The notes under the pieces are model-generated. The model had not been told where the DNA came from. It did not search any database and saw only the letters and a list, made by a program, of their open reading frames with translations. 64,000 nt of DNA, from the NCBI GenBank assembly GCA_036676985.1, contig JAKFBU010000023.1, positions 1-64,000 on the forward strand. Direction: 5' to 3'. Origin of the DNA: Candidatus Sericytochromatia bacterium (GTDB lineage Bacteria > Cyanobacteriota > Sericytochromatia > S15B-MN24 > UBA4093). Below are positions 38,097 through 47,898 of this stretch, piece by piece. A program made the position numbers and the translations under genes. Positions within the stretch are counted from its first letter, which is position 1; every line of letters starts with the position of its first letter.

Positions 38097-40103
38097 ATGC
38101 GACCGAAGGACAAGCCCTGGCTGATGCGGACCTACTCGGGGCACAGCTCGGCAACGGCCTCCAATGCGCTGTACCGCAAGAATCTCGAAAAGGGTCAGAC
38201 GGGCCTGAGCGTGGCCTTCGACCTGCCCACCCAGACCGGATACGACGCAGATCACCCGATGGCCCAGGGTGAGGTCGGCAAGGTGGGCGTGCCCATCAGC
38301 CACATCGAGGACATGGAGACCCTGTTCGCCGGGATTCCCGTCGAGCGCATGAACACGAGCATGACCATCAACGCCACGGCCCCGTGGCTTCTGGCGCTCT
38401 ACATCGCACTCGCCGAGCGCCGCGGCATCAGCCCGCGGGGGTTGCAGGGGACCACGCAGAACGACCTGTTGAAGGAGTTCCTGTCGCGCGGGACCCACAT
38501 CTTCCCACCCGAGCCCTCGCTGCGCCTCACCTCGGACATGATCGCCTACACCGTCAGGCATGTCCCCAAGTGGAACCCCATCAACATCTGCTCCTATCAC
38601 CTGCAGGAAGCGGGCGCCACGCCTGTCCAGGAGCTCGCCTTCGCCCTCGCCAACGCCAAGGCCGTCCTGGACGACCTCAAGGCCTCCGGCCAGGTCTCGG
38701 AGGCCGACTGGCCCGCGGTCGTCGGGCGCCTCTCGTTCTTCGTCAACGCCGGCATCCGCTTCATCGAGGAGACGTGCAAGCTCCGGGCGTTCACGCGCAT
38801 GTGGGACCAGCTCACCCGCGAGCGCTACGGGGTCGAGGATCCCGCCATGCGACGCTTCCGGTACGGCGTGCAGGTCAACTCATTGGGCCTGACCGAGCAG
38901 CAGCCGGAGAACAACGTCATCCGCATCGTGCTCGAGGCCCTGTCCGTCACGCTCTCCAAGGAGGCGCGGGCGCGCGCCATTCAGCTGCCCGCTTGGAACG
39001 AGGCCCTCGGGCTGCCGCGTCCCTGGGACCAGCAGTGGTCCCTGCGCATCCAGCAGATCCTCGCCCATGAGACCGACCTCTTGGAGTACGAGGACATCTT
39101 CGACGGTTCGCCCGTCATCGAGCGGGAAGTCCAGCGCATGATGGCCGAGGCCCAGGCCATCATGGACGAGATCGAGGTGCAGGGCGGCGCGATGGCGGCC
39201 CTGAGCTGGATGAAGCGCTCGCTGGTCGAGTCCAACGCCCGGCGCCTGCGGCGCATCGAGACCGGGGACCAGACGGTCGTGGGCGTCAACGCCTTCGAGC
39301 AGGGGGACGCCTCGCCGCTCGTGGCCAACGGAGAGATCAGCATCCTGACGGTCTCCGAAGAGGCCGCCCGGGATCAGATCGAGCGGCTGCGGGCCTTCCG
39401 CGAAAGGCGGGATCCCGATCAGGTCGAGCAGGCCCTCTGGGCCCTGCGCGAGGCGGCCCAGAGCGGCTCCAACCTCATGCCCGTGTCCATCGCCTGCGCC
39501 CACGCCGGCGTGACGACGGGCGAGTGGGCCGGTGTCCTGCGCGAGGTGTACGGCGAGTACCACGCGCCGACGGGTGTCTCCTCCGCACGCTCGGAGGGCG
39601 CCACCTCGGGCATCGAGGTGTTGCGCGAGCGGGTGCGCGAGATCAGCCACCAGCTGGGTAGCCCCCTGCGCATGCTCGTGGGCAAGCCGGGGCTCGACGG
39701 CCACAGCAATGGCGCCGAGCAGATCGCCCTCAAGGCCCGGGACGCGGGGATCGAGGTCATCTACCTGGGGATTCGCCTCACGCCCCAGCAGATCGTCGAG
39801 GCGGCCCTCCAGGAGGACGTCCACCTGGTGGGCCTGAGCATCCTGTCCGGAGCTCACCTGATCCTCGTCCCCAAGGTCATGGAGCAGATGCGGCAGGCGG
39901 GCATGGACGACGTGCCGGTGGTGGCGGGCGGGATCATTCCCGAGCCGGATGCCGCGCGGCTGAAGGAGAGTGGCGTGGCCGCGGTGTTCACGCCCAAGGA
40001 CTTCGACCTGGACCGGATCATGGCGCGGCTCGTGGAGCTCGTGGCCGAGCGGCGGGGACTGGCCACCGGCGCGGTCTCGCTGTCGAGCGACGGGCTGGCA
40101 TGA
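38097..40103 (+). CDS. ecm: Ethylmalonyl-CoA mutase (MeaA), B12-dependent
   Basis: [13 protein letters not shown]...[43 protein letters not shown] and B12 motif [10 protein letters not shown]. Confidence 0.93.
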   Translation: MRPKDKPWLMRTYSGHSSATASNALYRKNLEKGQTGLSVAFDLPTQTGYDADHPMAQGEVGKVGVPISHIEDMETLFAGIPVERMNTSMTINATAPWLLALYIALAERRGISPRGLQGTTQNDLLKEFLSRGTHIFPPEPSLRLTSDMIAYTVRHVPKWNPINICSYHLQEAGATPVQELAFALANAKAVLDDLKASGQVSEADWPAVVGRLSFFVNAGIRFIEETCKLRAFTRMWDQLTRERYGVEDPAMRRFRYGVQVNSLGLTEQQPENNVIRIVLEALSVTLSKEARARAIQLPAWNEALGLPRPWDQQWSLRIQQILAHETDLLEYEDIFDGSPVIEREVQRMMAEAQAIMDEIEVQGGAMAALSWMKRSLVESNARRLRRIETGDQTVVGVNAFEQGDASPLVANGEISILTVSEEAARDQIERLRAFRERRDPDQVEQALWALREAAQSGSNLMPVSIACAHAGVTTGEWAGVLREVYGEYHAPTGVSSARSEGATSGIEVLRERVREISHQLGSPLRMLVGKPGLDGHSNGAEQIALKARDAGIEVIYLGIRLTPQQIVEAALQEDVHLVGLSILSGAHLILVPKVMEQMRQAGMDDVPVVAGGIIPEPDAARLKESGVAAVFTPKDFDLDRIMARLVELVAERRGLATGAVSLSSDGLA

Positions 40104-40136
40104 GGCGGCCCTCGCTGAAGTCAGTTCGAGGAGACG

Positions 40137-42002
40137 CTAGACGTCGCTCTCGAACAGCGTCTTGGTCTGATCCACGGCCTCCTTGAGGCCGATGAGGGTG
40201 ACGACGTCGCCGAGGGAAAGCATGGTCTTTCCGTCCGGGACCGTCACCCGGCCGTCCCGCTTGACGAGGGCCACCAGACATTCTCCGGGCAGTTGCAGCT
40301 GGCGCAGGGGATGGCCGGCGACCTTGGGGTTACCGACCTGGACCTCGGTCATGCGATCGCCATAGGCCGACGAGCTCAAGAGGGGCAGGACCGTGGGACG
40401 AGTGACCAGGGCCGAAAGAGTCATGGCCGCCGCATCCGACACCAACAGGGGCTCGACCCGGGCCCCGCGAAAGGCGTCGGCGTTCCGCGCCTCGTTCACC
40501 CGGGCGATGATCCGCAGCTCGGGGTGATGGGCGCGGACGACCTGGGCGATGAGCAGGTTGGCCTTGTCGCTCGGGGAGGCGGCGATGAGGCACTGGCACC
40601 ACCCCAGTCCCATTCGCTTCAAGACCTCCGGATCGGTGGCGTCCCCCTGCGCGGCCGTGAGGCCGGAGCCAAGAGCCACGCGCACGTTCTCGGGGTCCGT
40701 GTCGAGCAGTTGCACCGACTCCCCCTCCTCCGTGAGCTGCCACGCCAGCTTGCGGGCGATCTCGTCGCCGCCCACCACGATCACTTTCTTCGGCATCACC
40801 TTCAGGCGGGCGGCCACCCAGCCCGCGCCACTCCCTTCGATCAAGACGCTCAGGATGACGGTGAGGAACACCAGGCCCCCCAGAGCCTCGCCGCCCTGGA
40901 TGCCCCAGGCCTCGAGCTCGAGCGCCATGAGCGAGGCCATGGAGGCGGCGACGATGCCGCGGGGCCCCAGCCATGCGATGAACGCCCGCTCCCGCCACGT
41001 CAGGGCCGTCCCCCACGTGGAAAGGGCGACGGCGATGGGCCGGATGACGAACATGAGCACGAGCACCGTCGCCACGCCCCGCCAGCCGAGATTCAACAGG
41101 CGCTCGAGGGGCATGGCAGCCGCGAGCAGGATGAAGACCAGGCTCAGGGCGACGAGCGTGAGGTCTCCCTTGAAGCGCTTGATGTTCTCCTCTTCGGGCA
41201 GCCGGAAGCTGCCGGCCAGGAGGCCCGCCACCGCCACCGCCGCGATCCCCGACTCGTGGGCGAAGGCCTGGGACACCGAGTAGCCCAGCAGGACCGCCCC
41301 CAGGACGGCGACCCTGGTCAGGTCCGGCGATAGCAGATCAGAGCGCTTGAGCGCGACCTTGAGCCCCAGGGCCGTGATCCCACCGACGCCCATGCCCACC
41401 GCGAGGTTGGTGGCCAACTGCAGGAGGCCTCCGCGCACGCCATCGGCCGAACCCGTGACGTAGCTGAAGACGGCGGCCGTCAACAGGACGCCCACGGCGT
41501 CCACGAAGACGCTCTCGGCCTCGAGGGTGGTCTTGAGGCGATGGTTCAGGGGCAAGCGCTTGAGGATCGGCGAGATGACGGTGGGGCCCGTGACGCTCAC
41601 GATGGCGCCGAACAGGAAGGCCACCTTCCAGGGCAGCCCCGCGACGTGATGGCCGGCCACCGCCGCGAGCCCGAAGGTCGTCAGCGCCCCCACCGTGATG
41701 AGGCCCAGCACGCTGCGCGAGCAGTGCCTGAGCTGGCGCGCGTCGATCATGAGCGCGCCCTCGAAGACGATGATGGCCACCGCGATGGAGACGAGCGCGC
41801 GCAAGCCCACGCCGTAGACGTCGGGCTGGACGAGGCCCAGTACCGCCGGGCCCAGGAGCACGCCCAGCCCCAGCCACAAGAGGATGGCGGGAAGGCGAAG
41901 CCTCTGAGCCGTCACCTGGGCCGCGATGCCCACCACCAGGACGATGGCCGTAGTCAGGACCAGGACGAGGGCCGGATAGTGTGGCAGCAGGTTGCTCAGC
42001 AA
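40137..42002 (-). CDS. NhaP-type (CPA1) cation:proton antiporter with TrkA-N/TrkA-C (RCK) domains
   Basis: VTGPTVI.P, LEAESVFVD and GPRGIVAA. C-terminal GDATDP and PDGKT.L..GD. TTG start overlaps the LysR stop. Confidence 0.88.
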   Translation of the reverse strand: MLSNLLPHYPALVLVLTTAIVLVVGIAAQVTAQRLRLPAILLWLGLGVLLGPAVLGLVQPDVYGVGLRALVSIAVAIIVFEGALMIDARQLRHCSRSVLGLITVGALTTFGLAAVAGHHVAGLPWKVAFLFGAIVSVTGPTVISPILKRLPLNHRLKTTLEAESVFVDAVGVLLTAAVFSYVTGSADGVRGGLLQLATNLAVGMGVGGITALGLKVALKRSDLLSPDLTRVAVLGAVLLGYSVSQAFAHESGIAAVAVAGLLAGSFRLPEEENIKRFKGDLTLVALSLVFILLAAAMPLERLLNLGWRGVATVLVLMFVIRPIAVALSTWGTALTWRERAFIAWLGPRGIVAASMASLMALELEAWGIQGGEALGGLVFLTVILSVLIEGSGAGWVAARLKVMPKKVIVVGGDEIARKLAWQLTEEGESVQLLDTDPENVRVALGSGLTAAQGDATDPEVLKRMGLGWCQCLIAASPSDKANLLIAQVVRAHHPELRIIARVNEARNADAFRGARVEPLLVSDAAAMTLSALVTRPTVLPLLSSSAYGDRMTEVQVGNPKVAGHPLRQLQLPGECLVALVKRDGRVTVPDGKTMLSLGDVVTLIGLKEAVDQTKTLFESDV

Positions 42003-42931
42003 GGCTGGGAGGCCCTCCACGCGGGGGAGACCCAGTTGCCGCCAAGGAGCGTGTCGACGAAGGTCTGCTGATAGGTGGCAAGCTTGCGACCCTGGGGGCG
42101 CAGCAGCCACAGGGAACGCTCGATGGGCAAGTTGCGGATGCGCAGGGCAGCCAGCCGCCCGGCCTCGAGCTCGACGGAGATGGCGTGCCGCGAGGCGAAG
42201 CCCACGCCGAGCCCCGCCATGACGGCATGCTTGATGCCCTCCGTGTTGCTGAGCTCGAAGCGGATCCGGAGCCGGTCCGGGTTGAAGCCTGCCGCCGCCA
42301 TGCGGTCACTGTAGAGGCGCCGGAACTCCGAGTCGCGCTGGCGCAGGATGAAGGGCTCCCCGTCGAGCTCCTCGAGCTCGAGCTCGTCGCGATGGGCCCA
42401 GCGATGATCGCTCGCCGTGATGAGCACGAACTCGTCCTTGAGGATGGGCAGGCGCTCCCAGCCATGGACGCGGCCCGCAGCCGGCTCGGTCTCGGTCACG
42501 GCCAGATCCAGCTCGCCGTCCTGCACGGCACGCTCGATGGCCTCCAGGTCCATGATCCGGAGGCTGACGCGGACGCCCGGAAACTCGCGCGAGAAGGCGC
42601 CGAGGGCGTGGGGCAGCATATAGGTGCCCGGCGTGCTTTCGGCACCGAGCAGGAAGACGCCCTGGGGCATGTCCCGAAACTCGGTCAGCGCATCCTCCGC
42701 CCGCCGAACGCTCGACAGGATATCCAGGGCCAAAGGACGGAGGCGCTCGCCCGCGGGCGTCAACGCCAGCGATCGGCCGCGCCGCTCGAAGAGCGACACC
42801 TTGAGGAATAGCTCCAGCTCCCGGATCTGCTGGCTGACGGCCGGCTGGGAGATGTGCATCAAGCGGGCGGCCTGCGTGAAGTTGAGGGTCTCCGCGGCCG
42901 TCGCGAAGGTGCGCAGCTGATCCAGATTCAA
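41996..42931 (-). CDS. LysR-family transcriptional regulator
   Basis: LRTF..AAETLNFTQAARLMHISQPAVSQQIRELE...LFER HTH, followed by a substrate-binding domain. Confidence 0.93.
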   Translation of the reverse strand: MNLDQLRTFATAAETLNFTQAARLMHISQPAVSQQIRELELFLKVSLFERRGRSLALTPAGERLRPLALDILSSVRRAEDALTEFRDMPQGVFLLGAESTPGTYMLPHALGAFSREFPGVRVSLRIMDLEAIERAVQDGELDLAVTETEPAAGRVHGWERLPILKDEFVLITASDHRWAHRDELELEELDGEPFILRQRDSEFRRLYSDRMAAAGFNPDRLRIRFELSNTEGIKHAVMAGLGVGFASRHAISVELEAGRLAALRIRNLPIERSLWLLRPQGRKLATYQQTFVDTLLGGNWVSPAWRASQPC

Positions 42932-42934
42932 TTC

Positions 42935-42983
42935 AATAACCTCTCGTTATTATATTCATTAGTAACAATTTCTTTTACTAATG
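42935..42983. promoter_or_regulatory. LysR-type operator(s) in an AT-rich divergent promoter
   Basis: AATAAC-CTCTC-GTTATT (T-N11-A dyad) at 42935-42951 and CATTAGTAA-N9-TTACTAATG at 42957-42983. Confidence 0.6.
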
Positions 42984-43138
42984 GGTAGATCACGATAGCA
43001 TGAAAACGGGCCCGGAGGCCAGAATCGTGCCGCGCGCGGCGGCCGGTGGCGGCCGGTGGCGCCCCGATGCGCACCAGGCGGTGCCGCGGGCCCCCTGCCC
43101 AGCCTGCGCCGAGGTCGGCGCCTAGAATCCGGATTCCG

Positions 43139-43888
43139 ATGCCCCAGCCTGCCTACATGCTCGCGACCGACCTCGATGGCACTCTCGTCGGGGATGCCCA
43201 CTCCCTCGCCCAGCTGAACGCCGAGCTTGCCCCGCGGCGCGATCGCTTCATGCTCGTCTACGTCTCGGGCCGCAGCCTGTATTCGGTGGAGCGTTTGATG
43301 GAGGCCCAGCGGCTCCTGGTGCCCGACTTCATCGTCGCCGGGGTGGGCACCTCGATCCATCGGGGACCGACCTGGGAAAGCGATGTCCAGTGGATCCAGC
43401 AGATCAAAACGGGCTGGAGCGCCGAGCGCGTTCGGAGCATCGCCTCGTTCTTTCCGGCGCTCATTCCGCAGGCGCCGGATAACCAGGGGCCCTTCAAATG
43501 CAGCTACCAGCTTGCGCCGGCCCATGCAGACGAGACGATCGTCACGCTGCAGGAGAGCCTGGAGGCCCAAGGCGTCGAAGCCCGGATCGTCTACAGCTCC
43601 GGACGCGACCTCGACATCCTGCCTACCCGAGCAGGCAAGGGCAACGCCCTTCGCTACCTGGCGGCCATCGTCGGCCTCCCGCACTCGAGGCTGCTCACGT
43701 GCGGGGACTCCGGCAACGACTGGGATATGCTGTCGCTCGGCGGGCCGGCGGCCGTCATGGCCAACGCCCAGCCCGAGCTCGTCCACTCGCCTCCCTTGGG
43801 AGCCTATCGCTGCCAGGGGGAGTACGCAGCCGGGATCCTCGAGGCACTGGTTCACTACGGCTGGCTCGCGGCCGGTGAGCCGGGCTAG
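43139..43888 (+). CDS. spp: Sucrose-phosphate phosphatase-like HAD-IIB hydrolase
   Basis: ATDLDGTL, SGRS, YSSGRDLDILP..AGKG.AL, CGDSGND, NAQPEL. Confidence 0.85.
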   Translation: MPQPAYMLATDLDGTLVGDAHSLAQLNAELAPRRDRFMLVYVSGRSLYSVERLMEAQRLLVPDFIVAGVGTSIHRGPTWESDVQWIQQIKTGWSAERVRSIASFFPALIPQAPDNQGPFKCSYQLAPAHADETIVTLQESLEAQGVEARIVYSSGRDLDILPTRAGKGNALRYLAAIVGLPHSRLLTCGDSGNDWDMLSLGGPAAVMANAQPELVHSPPLGAYRCQGEYAAGILEALVHYGWLAAGEPG

Positions 43889-44277
43889 GCGCCCTCACCC
43901 AGGATGGCCGCCAAGCGGCCCTGCAAGTCATCCGCCTGGACGGGCTTGGCCAGATAGGCGACACATCCCACCTGGCGGCTGCGCAGCTCCTCGGAAAACA
44001 TGGCATGGGCCGTCAAGGCGATGATCGGGATGTCGGCCGTACGGGGATCGGCCTTGAGTTGGGCCATGGCCGTCCATGCGTCGAGCACCGGCAGGCTGAG
44101 GTCCATGAGGATCACCCGCGGCATGGCCGTGCGGGCGAGCTGGACGGCCTCGGCCCCGTTTCCGGCCACGATCAGCTTGACGTTCAGCATGTGGTTCATG
44201 GCCTGGCGGACGACGCGGCGATCCGCTTCCACGTCCTCCGCCAGGAGAACCGTCTTCATGGGGACGAGCACTGACAA
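43885..44277 (-). CDS. Single-domain response regulator (DivK-like receiver)
   Basis: LLAED, ILMDLSLPVLD, IIALTAHAM, KP. Start could be ATG 44259. Confidence 0.85.
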   Translation of the reverse strand: MSVLVPMKTVLLAEDVEADRRVVRQAMNHMLNVKLIVAGNGAEAVQLARTAMPRVILMDLSLPVLDAWTAMAQLKADPRTADIPIIALTAHAMFSEELRSRQVGCVAYLAKPVQADDLQGRLAAILGEGA

Positions 44278-44405
44278 CTCCCTCTAGTTGGCCCGTTCGC
44301 GGCGTCCAGGGTCGGCCTCGCGTTCGGGGTCGCCATGGGGGTGCTGGGTGCGATGCTACGGGTCGCGATGATGCGGGGGCACTGAGGCGCGAGGCCCCGG
44401 TCGCC

Positions 44406-45662
44406 TCACAGCCCCCCGGCCAGCACGGGAGGGGCGATGCGGGCGGCATAGACCGCTTCGAGGCGCTCGGCGATCCGCGTCCACGTGAACGATTGGCGCA
44501 CGTGCGCCAGGGCACGGGCCCCCATGCGCCGACGTGCCGCCTCGTCACCGAGCAGGCGCTCGCAAGCCATCGCGAGGGCCTCGGCGTCGCGGGCCGGAAC
44601 GAGCCAGCCCGTCTCCTGGTGGCGCACGGTGTACTGCAGTCCTCCGACGCGGCTGGCCACCACGGGTGTGCCGCAGCCCATGCTCTCGATGGCCACCAGC
44701 CCGAAGCTTTCGTAGTGGCTCGGCACTACGCACAGATCGGCCGCCGAGTACAGCAGCGCCAAGCGCTGCGGCTCGAGCTTCCCGAGGAAGGTCGTCCGCG
44801 GGGCGAGGCCGAAGGCCCGGACCATGCCGGAAATCCGTCGGAACTCGGCGCTGTCCCGCGTCGCGGCATCGCAGCCGCCCGCGATGGCGAGGTGCACGTC
44901 GCCTTCGAGCCGGGCGAAGGCCTTCACCAGGCAATCGATGCCCTTGTTGGCATCGAAGCGGCCGGCATAGGCGAGGATCGGCCGATCCGGGGGCAGGCCG
45001 AGCTCTCGCCGCGAGAACGAGGATTGGTGGGGATGGTAGACGGCCTCGTCGATGCCGCAGGGCACGATGGTCACGTCCGTCGGGTGGCCGTAATAGCGAC
45101 GCATGCTGAAGACGTCCTGGGGCGAGGTGGCAATGATGGCGGAGCGGCTCAAGAGCGCTTGCTCCACCGCCAGGCGCTCTTGCCCCGTTGGCGGGACGGT
45201 GCCCTGGGCGGCATACTTGACGGCGCCCAGGGAGTGGTGGGTGTGCGCCTGTGGCACCCGCCAGGCCTCCGCGAGGCGCATGCCGACCCAGCCGGACAGC
45301 CAGTAGTTCGAGTGGACCAGATCGTAGCTCCGGCCCTGGGCCCGGGCGAACTCGCGCACTCGTCCCGCGAACTCGGGCAGGTGCTCGAACAGGCGGTCCC
45401 GGGAGATGAAGCCGTTCGGGCCCGATGGCAGCCGGATGACCCGGTACCGGTCGACCGAGTGGATCTCGGCCGCCCGGCAGTCGCGTCCCCGGGTGAAGAC
45501 GTCCACGTGGTGTCCCCTCTCGGCGAGGGTTCGCGCCACATTGCGGACGTAGACGTTCTGTCCGCCGGCCTCCTCGGATCCCGTGGGCAAGAGGGGATCG
45601 CCATGGACGGACACCAGCGCGAGGCGCAGCGGCGTCGGACCCGAACGGTGCAAATGGCCCAT
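44406..45662 (-). CDS. GT4 glycosyltransferase, sucrose-phosphate synthase (cyanobacterial SpsB-like)
   Basis: SVHGDP...EEAGGQNVYV, HSNYWLSG, HTHHSLG, GRFDANKG, YESFGLVAIESMGCGTPVVAS. ATG 45662 after GGAGG. Flanked by SPP and invertase. Confidence 0.8.
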   Translation of the reverse strand: MGHLHRSGPTPLRLALVSVHGDPLLPTGSEEAGGQNVYVRNVARTLAERGHHVDVFTRGRDCRAAEIHSVDRYRVIRLPSGPNGFISRDRLFEHLPEFAGRVREFARAQGRSYDLVHSNYWLSGWVGMRLAEAWRVPQAHTHHSLGAVKYAAQGTVPPTGQERLAVEQALLSRSAIIATSPQDVFSMRRYYGHPTDVTIVPCGIDEAVYHPHQSSFSRRELGLPPDRPILAYAGRFDANKGIDCLVKAFARLEGDVHLAIAGGCDAATRDSAEFRRISGMVRAFGLAPRTTFLGKLEPQRLALLYSAADLCVVPSHYESFGLVAIESMGCGTPVVASRVGGLQYTVRHQETGWLVPARDAEALAMACERLLGDEAARRRMGARALAHVRQSFTWTRIAERLEAVYAARIAPPVLAGGL

Positions 45663-45821
45663 CGTTGGTTCCTCCGTATCGCAATCGTCGGTTGCTAGCC
45701 TGGTCGTATGGTATCCTGGGCAAACGATTAATAAAAGAAATGGATTTTCATATAACCCATAAGCAACCATGATAACCAAGGCGCCACCTGGCGTTGGCCG
45801 GCAGGGAGGAGCGAACGTCCC

Positions 45822-47153
45822 ATGGATCGAGACCCCAGCCTTCGGGAGCGCATGCGCGCAGAGGCCGTCACCCTGCTCGCGCGGGCCGTCGTCCATGACG
45901 AACGGGGCGAGCCGTGCGGGACGGTCGCCTCCACCGGCGACCTGGACTCCCACTACCGCAACGTCTGGACCCGGGACAACGTCGCGCCCATGCTCTACTT
46001 CATGGACGAGTCGCCCCGGCTCGTCCGCTCGTTCCTGGAGGCCCTCATGCGCCGCCAATCGCTCGATCGACGGACGCTCGGACTCATTCCCATCGGCTTC
46101 TCGACACAGTTCAACCTCACGGACCTCGGTGGCGAGGAGGCCATCGGGGCCATCTACTCGGTCGATTCGACGCTCTGGTTCCTGATCCTGCTCGGGCTCC
46201 ACGTGGAGACCACCCGGGACCTCGCCTGGCTGCAGGCGCACCGACGTCCCTTCGACCTGGCGCTCGGCCTCCTCCTGGGCCCCCGTTTCGATCCGCTCCC
46301 CCTGATGGCCGCCCCCGAGTCTGTTACCGAGATCGATCGCCCGGCCGGCCTGCACGGCTACCCGCTCCAGCTGCAGGTGCTCATGTGCCTGGCCTTGCGG
46401 TGGTCCGCCCGTCTCCTGAGGGCCCTCTGCGATCCCGAGCAGGCGCTGGTCTGTGAGGGGGAGGCCGAAGCCGTCCAGTCCTGGATCAACCGCTGGTACT
46501 GGATCGATCGGGACGTCCTGGCCGAGCGCGCCGATCTGCCCACGGAGCAGTACGGGACGGGCAACCCCAATCCCTTCAACCTGGACTACGGACGCCTGTG
46601 CCATGCGACCTCCTGGCTCCAGGAGGGAGGCTTCCTGGGCGGCACGGTGCGCGCCCGCCATCTGGACACGCGCTTCTGGGCCTTTCCCAACTGCCTGGCC
46701 GCCCTGGCGGGTATCGTCTCCGAGCGGCGCGCGGCGGCCCTCATGGACCTCGTGCAGCATCGCGCCCCCGAGCTGCTCGGCCAGATGCCGCTCGCCGTCT
46801 GCTGGCCCGAGCTGCGGGGCTCGCGCTACCAGATCCTCATGGACAGCGATCCCCGGGGACGGCCCGGGGTCTTTCACAACGGGGCCTACTGGCCGAATCT
46901 CCTCTGGGCCTTCGTACCGACCGCCCTCATGGCCGGACGCCGGGACCTGGCCGAGAGTGCCCTCGAGCGGGCCACCCGGCACCTCGGGCCGGACTGGGGC
47001 GAGTACTACGATCGCCACGGCCGGATCGGCCGGGCCGCCCGGAGGCACCAGACCTGGTCCATCGCAGGCTATCTGCTCGCCAACCGGGCCCTGGACGCCC
47101 TGCCCGGAGACGATATCGGGGCGGTGCGCCTCACGCCACGCGGCGGATGGTGA
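45822..47153 (+). CDS. Alkaline/neutral invertase (GH100)
   Basis: NVWTRD, VDSTLWF.IL, IDR..G.HGYP..LQ, HNGAYWP, WGEYYD, QTWSIAGYL. Confidence 0.88.
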   Translation: MDRDPSLRERMRAEAVTLLARAVVHDERGEPCGTVASTGDLDSHYRNVWTRDNVAPMLYFMDESPRLVRSFLEALMRRQSLDRRTLGLIPIGFSTQFNLTDLGGEEAIGAIYSVDSTLWFLILLGLHVETTRDLAWLQAHRRPFDLALGLLLGPRFDPLPLMAAPESVTEIDRPAGLHGYPLQLQVLMCLALRWSARLLRALCDPEQALVCEGEAEAVQSWINRWYWIDRDVLAERADLPTEQYGTGNPNPFNLDYGRLCHATSWLQEGGFLGGTVRARHLDTRFWAFPNCLAALAGIVSERRAAALMDLVQHRAPELLGQMPLAVCWPELRGSRYQILMDSDPRGRPGVFHNGAYWPNLLWAFVPTALMAGRRDLAESALERATRHLGPDWGEYYDRHGRIGRAARRHQTWSIAGYLLANRALDALPGDDIGAVRLTPRGGW

Positions 47154-47158
47154 GCAAG

Positions 47159-47205
47159 CAACGAAAGGGCCGCCTCCCCTGGCTGGGGAGGCGGCCCTTT
47201 CGTTG
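47159..47205. terminator. Bidirectional terminator
   Basis: CAACGAAAGGGCCGCCTCCCC-TGGCT-GGGGAGGCGGCCCTTTCGTTG between convergent genes. Confidence 0.85.
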
Positions 47206-47211
47206 GACAGG

Positions 47212-47634
47212 CTAGGCCTTGGGCGGCATGACGAGCGCGTAGCCGTCGATCACCAGGTCCCCGTCCTGGTTGGTGCAGGTGGTCCTGAGCTTCAGGCGCC
47301 TCTTCTCGCTGAGCACCTCGGCGACCTCCACCCGGGCCGTGATCGTGTCGCCGATCCGCACGGGCTTGAGGAACTTCAGCTCCTGCGACAGATAGATGGT
47401 ACCCGGTCCAGGCAGGCGCATGCCGAGCACCGCCGAGATCAAGCCCGCGCCGAACATGCCGTGGGCGATCCGGGTCTTGAAGGGCGTCTGGCTCGCGTAC
47501 TGCTCGTTGACGTGGGCGGGATTGAAGTCGCCCGTGAGGCCCGCGAACCCGTAGATGTCCGACTCCGCGATGGTCTTGCCGAACTCGGCCGCATCGCCGA
47601 CCTGAAACGTCCCTATGGTCCTGGTTTCCTGCAT
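47212..47634 (-). CDS. MaoC-family (R)-specific enoyl-CoA hydratase (PhaJ/CroR-like)
   Basis: FAGLTGDFNPAH...RIAHGM...LPGPGTIYLSQELKF..PV.IGD. Confidence 0.88.
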   Translation of the reverse strand: MQETRTIGTFQVGDAAEFGKTIAESDIYGFAGLTGDFNPAHVNEQYASQTPFKTRIAHGMFGAGLISAVLGMRLPGPGTIYLSQELKFLKPVRIGDTITARVEVAEVLSEKRRLKLRTTCTNQDGDLVIDGYALVMPPKA

Positions 47635-47898
47635 GGTGGTCCCTCTTGAGCAAATTGGACGGGGAGCGCCTCAGTTTAACCTGCGAGGGCTGGCTTGACG
47701 AGTACTTAATAACTTGTAATGATGATTCGTAACACACCGTCACCTCTAACCCTTGCCTGGTGGCCGGGGTGGGCAGCCAAGAGAAAGGAGCGGAGCGGTT
47801 CGCGATCAGCGGTGGCCGGAGGCGATGGGGGTCGCCGAGGAAGGCTTTCCGCTTCGGCATTCCGGGTTGAGACGCCAACTGGTACGGAGGAAACCGAG

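Noticed and set aside
38097-40103. Methylmalonyl-CoA mutase
   Set aside because: RTYSGH and QVNS motifs plus the ccr/mcd context indicate Ecm/MeaA rather than MCM (RQYAGF, QTSG).
44406-45662. MshA (mycothiol) call, and the 880-aa ORF 44406-47048
   Set aside because: SPP and invertase neighbours favour a sucrose-type role. The long 5' extension is the antisense of the invertase, and the real start is 45662.
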